Under the pieces are notes generated by a model that saw only the letters and a list, made by a program, of their open reading frames with translations, was not told the origin of the DNA and searched no databases. Both the position numbers and the translations under genes were made by a program. A DNA stretch of 64,000 bases from Amphiscolops sp. MND2022 (Eukaryota): assembly GCA_964187785.1 (NCBI GenBank), contig OZ076409.1:92878001-92942000 (forward strand), given 5' to 3'. This document shows positions 26,208-36,726 of this stretch, piece by piece; position 1 is the first letter of the stretch, and each line of letters begins with the position of its first letter.

Positions 26208-29200
26208 ATGACTCCACTGTCTATCTGGGAAAAAAACCTTATCGAAGTAGAAAATGGAAAGTTTTTTATCAACAGCAGAATCTTTGATGAAATATCCGGA
26301 AAAGAAATACCAAACAAGTTCAGGCGATTTGAAACCCTTGTTGCAGAAATGTTTAATGGGCAAAATCACAATCCAAAGGAGTTTATCCGGAAGATTCCAG
26401 TAAAAGGCCATAAATCGACACCTGTATTCATTGCCGCAAAAGTTGCGAGGTTGCTTGTACTCCGTGGATTTAAAGACTTCCCTTGGAATTCATGCAGAGA
26501 ACAGTTTGTTGAGTTCTTTTTCAATAAAGATGTTATACCGTACGTGAATCCCTACATGACAAATGTTGTTGCCGAAGATGTCAACCCCGAAATAGTCAAC
26601 CCCACGAAAAGTATCAGCCCCGCGAACGAAGTCAACTCGACTAAAGATATCATCACAGAGAAAGATGTCAACCCCGGAGGAGTCAACCCCACGAAAGAAA
26701 TCAGCCTTGCAAAACATTCCAGCAATGAAAGGGTTACCTTCGAAACGCCTCCAAAGAATCATTTCAGCGAATCGAAATTAGAAGCCACAGAGACAAAAAA
26801 AACGAAAGCTGAACGAGACGATCTTTTTAACACAACTCTAATGTCAGATGATGGCTTCATCCGGTTCATGAAGCACATCAAAAAATCTGCAATCAAAAGA
26901 AAAGACCAAAAGTTCACAAAAAAAGAGGAGCCAAATATGGTTAGAAAAATTGTGGAAAGTCTGTTGGAAACGAGAGGGTCCACTGAAGACTTCAGACATA
27001 ATTTATCCCTTGTGATGAAAACGGGGAACACTGAAGACGTAATCAACGTTATCCGCAGGAGACTATCCATCGTTGGACTTGGATACAATTTAGTCCCATG
27101 CATTCGATTAGTCAAGAAGTCAACAGCTGAAATTCAGTCTTATTTCACAGCAATGTGTGAACCAGAAAGGACATTCTCTGGTTTTCGCTGCAACCTCATA
27201 AAATGCGTCGAAATAGCCTCGTATTTTTTGTTCGGGTCCAATGAAATCAGAGACTTACGGGTCGATATATGGGGTGACGGGTGTGAAATTGGTGGCGTGG
27301 AAACAACTCGAATTGCGTTCCGGATCCTAACAGACAAAATAAAGTGTCAATCTTCAAATGCTGTATTCTGTTTCGCTGCATACAGGGGTAAAGATAGCAG
27401 ATTTGCGATGGAACAGAATCTCGGACCGACTCTGGCAGGTGTTCAAGAGTCAGGCTGGCTCTTCAACAAGACCTTTGAGTTATCTAATCGAGGGGTAAAA
27501 TTGACTTATAGCGGTGATTCCCCGTTTTTGATCAGATTGATTCTTGGGATAACAAATGAAACATCGAGTCCATCTAGAATGCCACTCCATGTAACGGACC
27601 CTCAATACACACCTACAACATGTGACCCAAAGACTGGTCTACGATCTGACGTGGCCATACCCTTCAGAACGGACCTCCCGAAATCGTCCTTGGTCTACTT
27701 TGAGAATGTACAGTCAGTTTGCCCCGACGTCACTCACATGACTACAAGATGTGTTGAAAATGATCTCCAAAAAATAGCACAAAAAATCATTAGAGAAAAG
27801 TATCCACATCATGATCTGGCAATTCGACAACTTGAAGAAAATTTAACAAGGAGAGACGCAAAAAGACCATATTTTCAATTCAACGTTACCCACAAAAGTG
27901 GTTCTTTGATTGGCACTGTGGGTCCAGTATCGCTTGCTGGTAGTAATGCCCATAGCGGTGATTGCAGATAAAGAAGAACTTTTAGACGCGAAAGAAGGAA
28001 GTATCGGCGACCTTTTCGAGGGTGTTTGGGGTGCTGCGGATATAGTTCTCGGAAGTGAAGAAAGTGCACACGTCCAATGCGTGAAAGTCCTCAGAAACTG
28101 GTACCCGAACCTTTTCGACAAAGACAACCCTAAACAAGTCGGGTCCGGTGACAAGTTTATTTCTGCGTATGATGCATGCGAACTCTTAAGACACAGCTTG
28201 AACCAATGTGTTTTATGTCTAAGATCTGAAGAATTCAACTGTGACACATTCAAGAAATGGGCTGAAACATATTACCAAACAAATGTATTGATTTTCGGAC
28301 ATGCAGGTTTGACACCGTACAAACTAAAAATGATGATGTTTCCTCAGTTAGTTGAGAGTGGATTCATACAACGGCCCTTCGACCATATGTGTGAAGGTCT
28401 TGAAAAATCGAATCATCATGCTAATCGTGACTTCCAAACAAAAACGATGCGTGGCGGAGGGAAAATTTATCACAAGGATCCACTCTTTCTCGAATCCTCG
28501 TCTTCGTTCATGAAATTCCTAAGAATGGCAACTGAATTGAAGGAGAGAGAAACGAACCCTACCAATGGTACCCTGGACAAAACAACACTGACAGTTTCGA
28601 AAACTAACCCAATCAGTGTGATGAGTTTGCTTCAAAGTGCAGCAAAGGCAAAGAAGATTCAGGTCCCGGGTCCAGAGTACCTCGAAATTTGCCGTAAAGA
28701 AATAACGATTCCGAAACTTGCAATTGGGGCCAAGAAAAACGTTTTAGCTGGGTTAAGGTTTTGCCTACTTGGTCGCCTGGGTACTTGGAAAAGACAAACC
28801 CTAACACACGACAATGTAAAACAGATGGTAGAGAATATGGGAGGAATCGCTTTCGATAATGATCGAGCTGGGGTGCTGATGAACACCCATTCACATTTAC
28901 CTAATTGTTTTGTTATTGTCAAGGACGAAAAAGACTTGATTATAGGCACCGGATCCACCAATGAAATAAAAGATTTGAAACCGAAACAGAGACGAAGAAG
29001 TTCCTCATCAACAAGAGATGGTGAAAATGAACCCTCACAACACTCTAACGTTGCAAAACGATTTGCAGCGAGGGGTTTCAAGTTCATAAAGGTTGATTTT
29101 TTGGCAGAAGTTCATGAAAAAAACATTTTGATTGACCCAGAGCCATACATTATTCACCCCGGATCTAAACTGGTTGAAAACCGTGTGAACGATAAAAGAC

Positions 29201-29307
29201 CGCTGCTTCTCGACCAATGTAGTGGAAAAACTTCAGTTGAAAATGTATCTGCTATTGTCGCTCTCAAGAGATATCGTGATGGAAAGTTCAAACAATCATT
29301 TTTTTGA
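26208..29307 (+). CDS. RAG1/Transib-like DDE transposase (~1030 aa) with possible KilA-N-like N-terminus and C-terminal BRCT domain
   Basis: IWGDG (D 27276), CQSSNAVF, YSGDSPFL (D 27516), CPDVTHMTTR, SLAG, LTPY, CEGLEKSN (E 28402). BRCT-like VLAGLRFCLLGRL..VKQMVENMGG..FIKVDFL..PYII. The two ORFs join by removing one C near 27950. Confidence 0.75.
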
Positions 29308-29514
29308 AATCTTTTTGTGTGGTGTAGTTCAAGTGCTATTCTGAGCGATTTGGATTGAACAGTTTTGAAATTTGAAAATTGAATTCACATTGATAAATAT
29401 CAGTTTTTGTAAAATTGCAGTTTCAAGTCTTGATGAGATCACAAAATGTGCCACATGAAAACCCATGAGCCTGAAAATAACTGAAAAAACCTCACAAGAA
29501 AATGTGCCTGAAAC

Positions 29515-29852
29515 TCATGCATATACCCCTTTGAGTGAAAATCCGCAATGTTTTAAGATATGTATTTGGTTTCCACGACGTGTGTTTAAAGATATGGTCT
29601 TCTTTTCCGCATTAGTTCTCAGAGCAATTGAAATTTCACAATGAATTTCGTGGAAACCAGGACAATCTGATAAGTGTCCTAATTTTCAGACACTTATCAG
29701 ATTGTCCTGGTTTCCACGAAATTCATTGTGAAATGTCAATTGCTCTGAGAACTAATGCGGAAAACAAGACCATATCTTTAAACACATGTCGTGGAAACCA
29801 AATACATATCTTAAAACATTGCGGAATTTCACCCAAAGGTGTATGCTCATGA
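29515..29852. repeat. Foldback palindrome, ~160-bp arms, between convergent genes
   Basis: Centre gacaatctgataagtgtc-ctaattttca-gacacttatcagattgtc; right arm similarity to the other copies extends to ~30070. Confidence 0.9.
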
Positions 29853-30217
29853 TTTTTTTCAAAAAAAACCCTTGAGTTTTTTTCACCTATTTCAATCAAG
29901 GTAATCACATATCATTGACATATCAATATAAAAAGATTTTCTGAAAAAAAAACAATTCTGAGTCCTTATATGTGAGAAAAATCTTTAAAATTAGGTCCTG
30001 AAAATGGGACTCGTTTTCACCTCTTTTCATACAAAAAATCGTTTTTTTCGTCCTTGAAATGACTAGAAAACATATACATGTTTCTTTACTTTAATGTAAA
30101 AACAGGTAAAAATTAACATTTCCATGCATGCTTTTGATCCTGGAGAAATGTTCAAAACAAGTTGAAAGTTTCAAAAGTAAATCTAAATATAAAGCTAAAT
30201 CTAAATCTACATCTAAA

Positions 30218-33200
30218 TCAATCTAAGTCTAAAATATCGTTTTCGAGAGAAATGGAACGAATCCCAAGGATGCTTAAAATAAGCATATTCCTTTTTGGAA
30301 ACAAACTGGGATCAACGACTTCAGCTGGCCATAAATTGTTTTGCCTTGAGAGCATCATTGCGGGCTTGCTCTCTTCTTCGAGCAGGCTTTCAGTTGTTAA
30401 ATTTGTCTCGTAACATCTCGTGTATTGGTGTTTGATGGGGCTGTAGTCAGGTATTTCAATAGACTTCTGAGGATCCGTTGATTTGGCCCTGTACTTTTTG
30501 AGGTGGGTCACAGCGAGTTTTTGTATGGTCACTGAAGGTCGTTCCGAAGCTAACACGATTTCGAGGCGCTTGTTCGAAAATTCTGGGAACACCTGTGAAC
30601 AATGAAGTGTTGGTCACCATGAATATACAACATTCAAATCAAACGGTGTGAAATGAGCCAGCCCATGATTGGAACCAAAATTACAGAAACACGTTCCCTT
30701 TATTTTTAATCCTAGAATTAACCCACGATTGGAACCTAAATCACAAAATTAATTCTGAACTATTGCAATCTTCAAAGAATAGAATCTTACTTGGAGGACT
30801 TCATTCTGGTTGTATATCTGTCGCACAGTGTTGTACGTGGGTACAAGGCGTTGGCAGAGGCGGGGGTGGAGATCCACAACAAGTTGGTGCATCATGAGAA
30901 CTAACATCTCTGGAAGGCCCGGGAACTTGTCATTGGAGTTTTTCGGGTATTCCAGGATCATTGACTCTTTTATCATTGGCAAGTGACCCATTGCCAAGAA
31001 ATTTGTACCCAATGATACTGCGTCACCTTTCGTCAATACAAAATGGAGATAGTTGGCTGGCATGACCAAAATATCTCCAACCTTCACGTGCACCCGCAAG
31101 CATCCCTCCTCGAGCTGGTCGATGTTTCCAAAAAAGATGGCCTGAAATAAGTGATTACCAGGTTTCAACATTCCTACAATCATTATATTTGGACAGCAGA
31201 GACTGTTAACCCAGCATTAATTTTTTCTCCTATTTTTTTACGAATAACTATTTCCCCCTTTGAACAATAATGTTTCAGATCTTCATAACACTTGATGTAT
31301 TTTGTTTGAAATGCTGATAATTTATATGAAAGACTCTGTTTTAATGAAGTTACTGTTTTCAGAATGTTGACTGAAATTAATATGCTTACATCATGTCACT
31401 CTCGGCGTTGGACCATTTTTCGAACATAGTGAGGTTCTTCTTTGTGGGTTTGACGAGAAAGAAAATCTTCTCTCCAGCGAGTACCGTATAGAAGACCGAA
31501 GTTGCCGAATAGTCCCGATGCCAAGTGGTATGAGCAGAATCCTGAGTCACCAGGGTATAATATGCCGTTGAACAGGAGTAGGGCTCATTAATTGACTCAT
31601 GTATGAGTTCGTCTGTGAGGTGGTTGATGGAATTTTGCGATATCATCTCTGGCACAGTAAAGATGGATTTGGGTCGGGTCCGGATGTCAATGACGTTCAG
31701 CGGGTGGAAATGACTGTCTGGGACGCAGGTGTCCAACTCCGCGAAAAAGTCCTCGTAAGCCATCTCTCGCGTCTGCAAACAAAATAAATTAGTTATCAAC
31801 ACTCCGAATCAATGATTTTTTCAGTGAAGATGCTTACTATACCCTTAATGCTTACTATATCCTTAATGCTTAATATATTAGTACATCTAGATTTCTTCCG
31901 TTTTCCTTTGGCTGCTTCAACATTTCAGAAGGAATTTGTCTTTTCATAATTCCAAATTTTCCAAAAAATGTTTCTAAAACTGATTATATCAGTGACTATG
32001 CAAAGGAATTACTTTGCTGATTGGTGAAACATTTCGAATCGACGTGATCAAAAACGTATGATTGGTGTAAAGAATGTTTACGTGTGTTTGATAATTACCT
32101 CGCCCAATTTCGCTGACTTGACTTCAATCGTCTCATTTGGATCCACAAGGTTGCGAGGCTTGAGGATACGTTTCACCTCCGTAGTGAATCCTCTATCCAA
32201 GTTCATCTTCGGAACTTTCAGTCCGTCACAATGCTCGGCACCGTCCTTCCAAATTAAGGGTACCCCATGGCGGAGAAGGTAACCAAGATGCTGCGTCTGG
32301 TTCGAATGGGGACCTTGCCATTGAGCACACGTGAAGCCACATTGCAGGGGGACGTTTTCACAAAACGTGAAGTAAGAACGGGTACCGAAAGGGGCCGGGG
32401 GAGTTCCGGAACTAAACGTCAACTCAGTTGGCATAGGTGTCAAAGCAATCTGGCAGGCAGAAGATCTTGCAACATGGTTTCTCAGACTGTACCCATATCC
32501 GAATCCTTTGCCGCCTGCTTTGCAGAAATGTTGGCTCCTCTGTTTTCCTTTAGCTGCTTCTGCAATATAACAGGAAGTTCCAAAAAAATAGCAAAAAAAA
32601 ATTAAAAATCCCTGCGAAAACGTCTCAACACCAATTTTAACGAAAATTACCCCTAATGCTTACTGAATTTGTACATCTTTATTTCTTTTGTTTTCTTTTG
32701 GCTGCTTCAGCAGTTCAAAACAAAAAGTCTAAAAAAATTCGAGAAAAAAAATAGATGCGAAAACGTCTCACAACCCATAAGTGGAACCAAAAAATTTACT
32801 TACGACATTGGTACATCTGGACTGTTTCTCCCGCGGCAATTTTTATTTGTTGTTTTTCGCAGTATTTGGCCCTTCTTTGGTGACGCTCCTTGCTCTTTTT
32901 GGTTGTGAAAATTTGGCCACATTTCTCGCAGGTCTTCTTCTGTGTGTCACGTTGTTGTTGACTCAGGCCATCGCACGACTGGAGGTGACGCGTTAGGTGC
33001 CAATATCTTCCGGCAACGTACTCGCACGGCAAATTTGGACATGGGAACCCTGAGAACAAAACAAATCAAGGACGGTTTATTTTTAAAATAGAAAAATGTT
33101 TGAGAATGTGTTAGAAATTTCTGTTGAATTCTTCCATGATGAAAATTCTTAGATGGTTAAAATCAATTTAGGATAATCAAAATCAAGAAATTGATTACTC

Positions 33201-33438
33201 ATAAAATGAAAAAAAAATCCAGGACAGTTTATTTTTCAAAATAGAAAATTGTTTGAGAATGTGTTAGAAATTTTTAAACTCTGATGAAAATTCTTAGATC
33301 ATTAGAATCTATTTAAGGTAATCAAATTCGAAAAATTGAATAATTGGATTGCTTACGTTTTTTCGCTGTTTCACAGTCAGATGTTGCAGGTACAGTGCAT
33401 CGTGATGAACTAGGTTGAGTTTGGGAGCTTTTCTCCAT
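30218..33438 (-). CDS. Spliced gene: three zinc fingers + JmjC histone demethylase (KDM7/PHF8/KDM2-like)
   Basis: Predicted exons 33438-33357, 33049-32804, 32559-32099, 31772-31390, 31141-30791 and 30592-30218. JmjC SAHTTWHRDYSATSVFYTVLAGEKIFFLVKPT and VKVGDILVMPANYLHFVLT..LGTNFL, with the HxD...H iron ligands intact. Fingers CPNLPC..HLTRH, CEKC..RHQ. The exon 4/5 phase needs one extra base in the A-run at 31130-31135. Confidence 0.88.
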
Positions 33439-33489
33439 TGTAGACTGAAATATAAATTTTGAACAGTCAGAACGACCCATAAATGAACC

Positions 33490-34062
33490 ATAAAAGGACT
33501 CAGAATTGTTTTTTTTATCTTTTTATATTGATATGTCAATGATATCTGATTACCTTGATTGAAATAAGTGAAAAAAAACTCAAGGGTTTTTTTGAAAAAA
33601 ATCATGAGTATACCCCTTTGAGTGAAATTCCGCAATGTTTTAAGATATGTATTTGGTTTCCACGACATGTGTTTAAAGATATGGTCTTGTTTTCCGCATT
33701 CGTTCTCAGAGCAATTGAAATTTCACAATGAATTTCGTGGAAACCAGGACAATCTGATAAGTGTCCCAATTTTCATACAGACACTTATCAGATTGTCCTG
33801 GTTTCCACAGAATTCATCGTGAAAATCGAATTGCTCTGAGAACGAATGCGGAAAATAGGACCATATCTTTATACACATGTCGTGGAAACCGAATACATAT
33901 CTTAAAACATTGCGGAATTTCACTCAAAGGGGTATACTCATGATTTTTCAGAAAAAAGCCATGAGGGTGTTTTAACATATTTCAATCAAGTAATCAACTG
34001 TCTATCACATATCAATATAAAAAGATATTTATCTTTTTATGTGAGACAGTTCTGAGTCCTCA
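33490..34062. repeat. Foldback palindrome, ~275-bp arms, upstream of the JmjC gene
   Basis: aggactcagaattg...tctgataagtgtc / gacacttatcaga...cagttctgagtcct, centred at ~33772. Confidence 0.9.
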
Positions 34063-34291
34063 TATGTTAGAAAAAATCCTTGAAATTAAGTTTTGAAAAC
34101 AGTCTCGTTTTCACGGAGCTTTTTGCTTTCCCCACACTTTTCAAGATGCTGTTTTTGCAATTAATTATAATAACAAAAACACTTGAATACAAACCAGAAT
34201 CCTTCAATTTTAAATGTATTTCCAGAGTGACAGTTCTTAGTTGAGATACAAACTTTGTTCACACTATTTTAAAAAACGACTCTTTTCCCTC

Positions 34292-34467
34292 GGGGAGCAG
34301 GAATAATGTCTAAAGAATAACGTCTAAGGAATAACGTCTAAAGCCAAGTCATGCTCAGTCATGCTCATTCCCAATCTTAATACATTGAACTTTAGACGTT
34401 ATTCTTTTAGACGTTATTACCGGAATACTATTTAGACGTTATTCCTTAGACGTTATTCGCGCCCCTA
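34292..34467. mobile_element. Small MITE with 9-bp TSD (Mutator-like)
   Basis: Inverted arrays of gaataacgtctaa / ttagacgttattc; TTTTCCCTC at 34283-34291 and 34468-34476. Confidence 0.65.
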
Positions 34468-34859
34468 TTTTCCCTCCCCTCCCCACACACTTTTTAAAGA
34501 ATAGTGAATTCCCTATTCTTTAAAAAGTGTGGGGGGAGGGGTTGTAAAACGAGCCGTTTCACCTCTTTTCAGCCAAAATATCACTTTTTCGTCCTTGATA
34601 TGATATAACTTATTTAACGTACCTCAAATCTTTTAATATACTTTTGGTGCCAATTGAAATGGAAAGCAAACAAAACCCGTGATCAAAATTTCCATTTGTT
34701 AAAAAAGGAGGAAAACCGCAAATTTTTCTGAGAAAGTAGTAGCTCTATAAATTATTATTATTATTATTATTGAAAGGAAACTGAGTTTGTGAAAGTTTGA
34801 TTCTTACTGCAAACCTACGAGAGTCTTAAACTGAAAGCCCATTTGATATGCCAATCAAA

Positions 34860-35080
34860 TTGATTATTGGAAACAAATTTTTCAAGATTGACCCGTTATT
34901 GGAACAAAAAGTTTAAAACAAAACGACCCACTATTGGAACCAAGTTTTTGAAGAAGGACTAGTGATTGGAACCATTTAAAAAAAAAATTCAACCCAGTAT
35001 TGGAACCATATTTTTCAAGAAGGACTCGTGATTGGAACCTATTTTTTTATAAATCAACCCACAATTGGAACCAAATTTTT
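34860..35080 (+). repeat. Array of ~7 ATTGGAAC(C/A) motifs at ~30-36-bp spacing
   Basis: Motif seen directly at ~34867, 34898, 34933, 34965, 34999, 35031 and 35064. Confidence 0.8.
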
Positions 35081-35557
35081 GAAAAAACAATCAAGTTAAA
35101 ACTTTAAATGAAGCAAATTCTGAACACAACTTACCGCTGAAAGTTTGAAGGTTTGAATGACACTTCCTCTGCCCATGTTTGCTTGATTTGTAAGCTTGAT
35201 ACGCGACGCTGAATTTCTTGATACGCGCCGCTGAATAGCCAATAGGAATCAACCGTTATTTGAATTTCTTGCTTTTTACATGTACTCGTAGCATGCATGA
35301 TACGCGACGCTGAACTTTTTTCTTCTGAACAAATAAACAAACGAAAAGACTTTTGAAATAAGAAAAAAATTAAAAAATGAAAAGAATGATGGAATTTGGT
35401 TTTATTGAGTTAATTTTGAATGTTTTTGAATGACATTTTCTGAATGAAATGTATTTGTGACATATATAGTTTGAATAATGAATCATGCATGATACGCGAC
35501 GCTGAACCTTTCTGTTCTGAGCGAGAAATAAACAAATTAACAGTCTTTTGTAATGAG

Positions 35558-36135
35558 AAATTGAAATAACAAAATGAAAAAATGATGGGACTTGTTGATT
35601 AAATACTTTATACTCAAAGTTTAATTAGGTTGATTTTGAATGACATTTTTTGAAAGAGAAAGGTGTGTATCTGTGATATATAATTTGAAGGGTTAATATA
35701 TTATAATAATATATAAGGATTATAATTATACATTTATATTTTTAAGGATTATTTGAAATATATCATATATAACTCACCCAAAATTGGAACAAAAATTTTA
35801 TTTATTTCAATTTTCTAAGTATTGAATACCCCCCACATTGAATACCCCCCCCCCAAATTGAAATAACAAAATGAAAAAATGATGGAACTTGTTGATTAAA
35901 CACTTTATACTCAAAGTTTAATTAGGTTGATTTTGAATGACATTTTTTGAAAGAGAAAGCTGTCTATCTGTGATATATAATTTGAAGGGTTAATATATTA
36001 TAATATTATATAAGGATTATATTTATACATTTATATTTATAGGGATTATTTGAAATATATCATATATAACTCACCCAAAATTGGAACCAAAATTTTATTA
36101 ATTTCAATATTCTAAGTATTGAATACCCCCCCCCA
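35558..36135. repeat. Tandem duplication of a ~297-bp AT-rich unit
   Basis: aaattgaaataacaaaatgaaaaaatgatgg...ttctaagtattgaataccccc occurs twice. Confidence 0.9.
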
Positions 36136-36726
36136 CATTAAAATATACACACATACACCCCCCTCCACATTTACATTTATTCGTTGTCAACGTTATTCTG
36201 TAATTTCCAAAATGGATACAGTTTTGAAGAAAAAGTCGATGGTAAAAAACGCGACCATACTGATTGTATTTAAAATTTATTTTCCAAGAAATTTCGAACT
36301 TATGGGAAACCGTGTTTGCAAACGTTCATTAAGAAAACAATTATTGCGTTCATGCTGTCAATTAAGTAAATTAGTTTGATTCAGAGATAAAAGCAAAATA
36401 GCCGACAGTTCTGCGGATTCTGAGATCAAGTTGAGGATTAAATTTTCGTGGATTCTGAGACACCAAAATTTCAACCAATTTGATTAGTTCACAAATTTGT
36501 TGTGGAATCCGGGACCATGAAATGCGGAAACTAAGACAAAAAGTTGCCGACAGCTGTCGGTTGCCTCTAATGTTTTAAGTATATGTTATGGAATTCCACA
36601 GAATTGCGTTGACGGTGTCTCGGTTTCCACAAAACTAGTGGAATTTAATCAATTTTGCACGTTTAAAGACATGTCTGTGGAATCTAAGGGGTTACACGCA
36701 CAGAATTGTGTTTGTAGAAATTTAGC

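Larger units (their letters stand above)
18970..36723. mobile_element. ~17.8-kb multigene DNA element (RAG1/Transib-like transposase plus chromatin-modifier cargo) nested in the Gypsy element
   Basis: Interrupts a coding region; AGCTT direct repeat at 18965-18969 and 36724-36728; arrays of the same TGYGGAAWY..GA motif at both ends and in internal foldbacks; four genes. Confidence 0.8.

Noticed and set aside
34860..35080. CRISPR-like appearance of short repeats with spacers
   Set aside because: Repeat is only ~9 bp, spacers are related to each other, no cas genes, eukaryotic context.
18970..36723. Polinton/Maverick, endogenous virus or autonomous Helitron identity
   Set aside because: No pPolB, packaging ATPase, capsid, retroviral-type integrase or Rep-helicase motifs, and no long TIRs.
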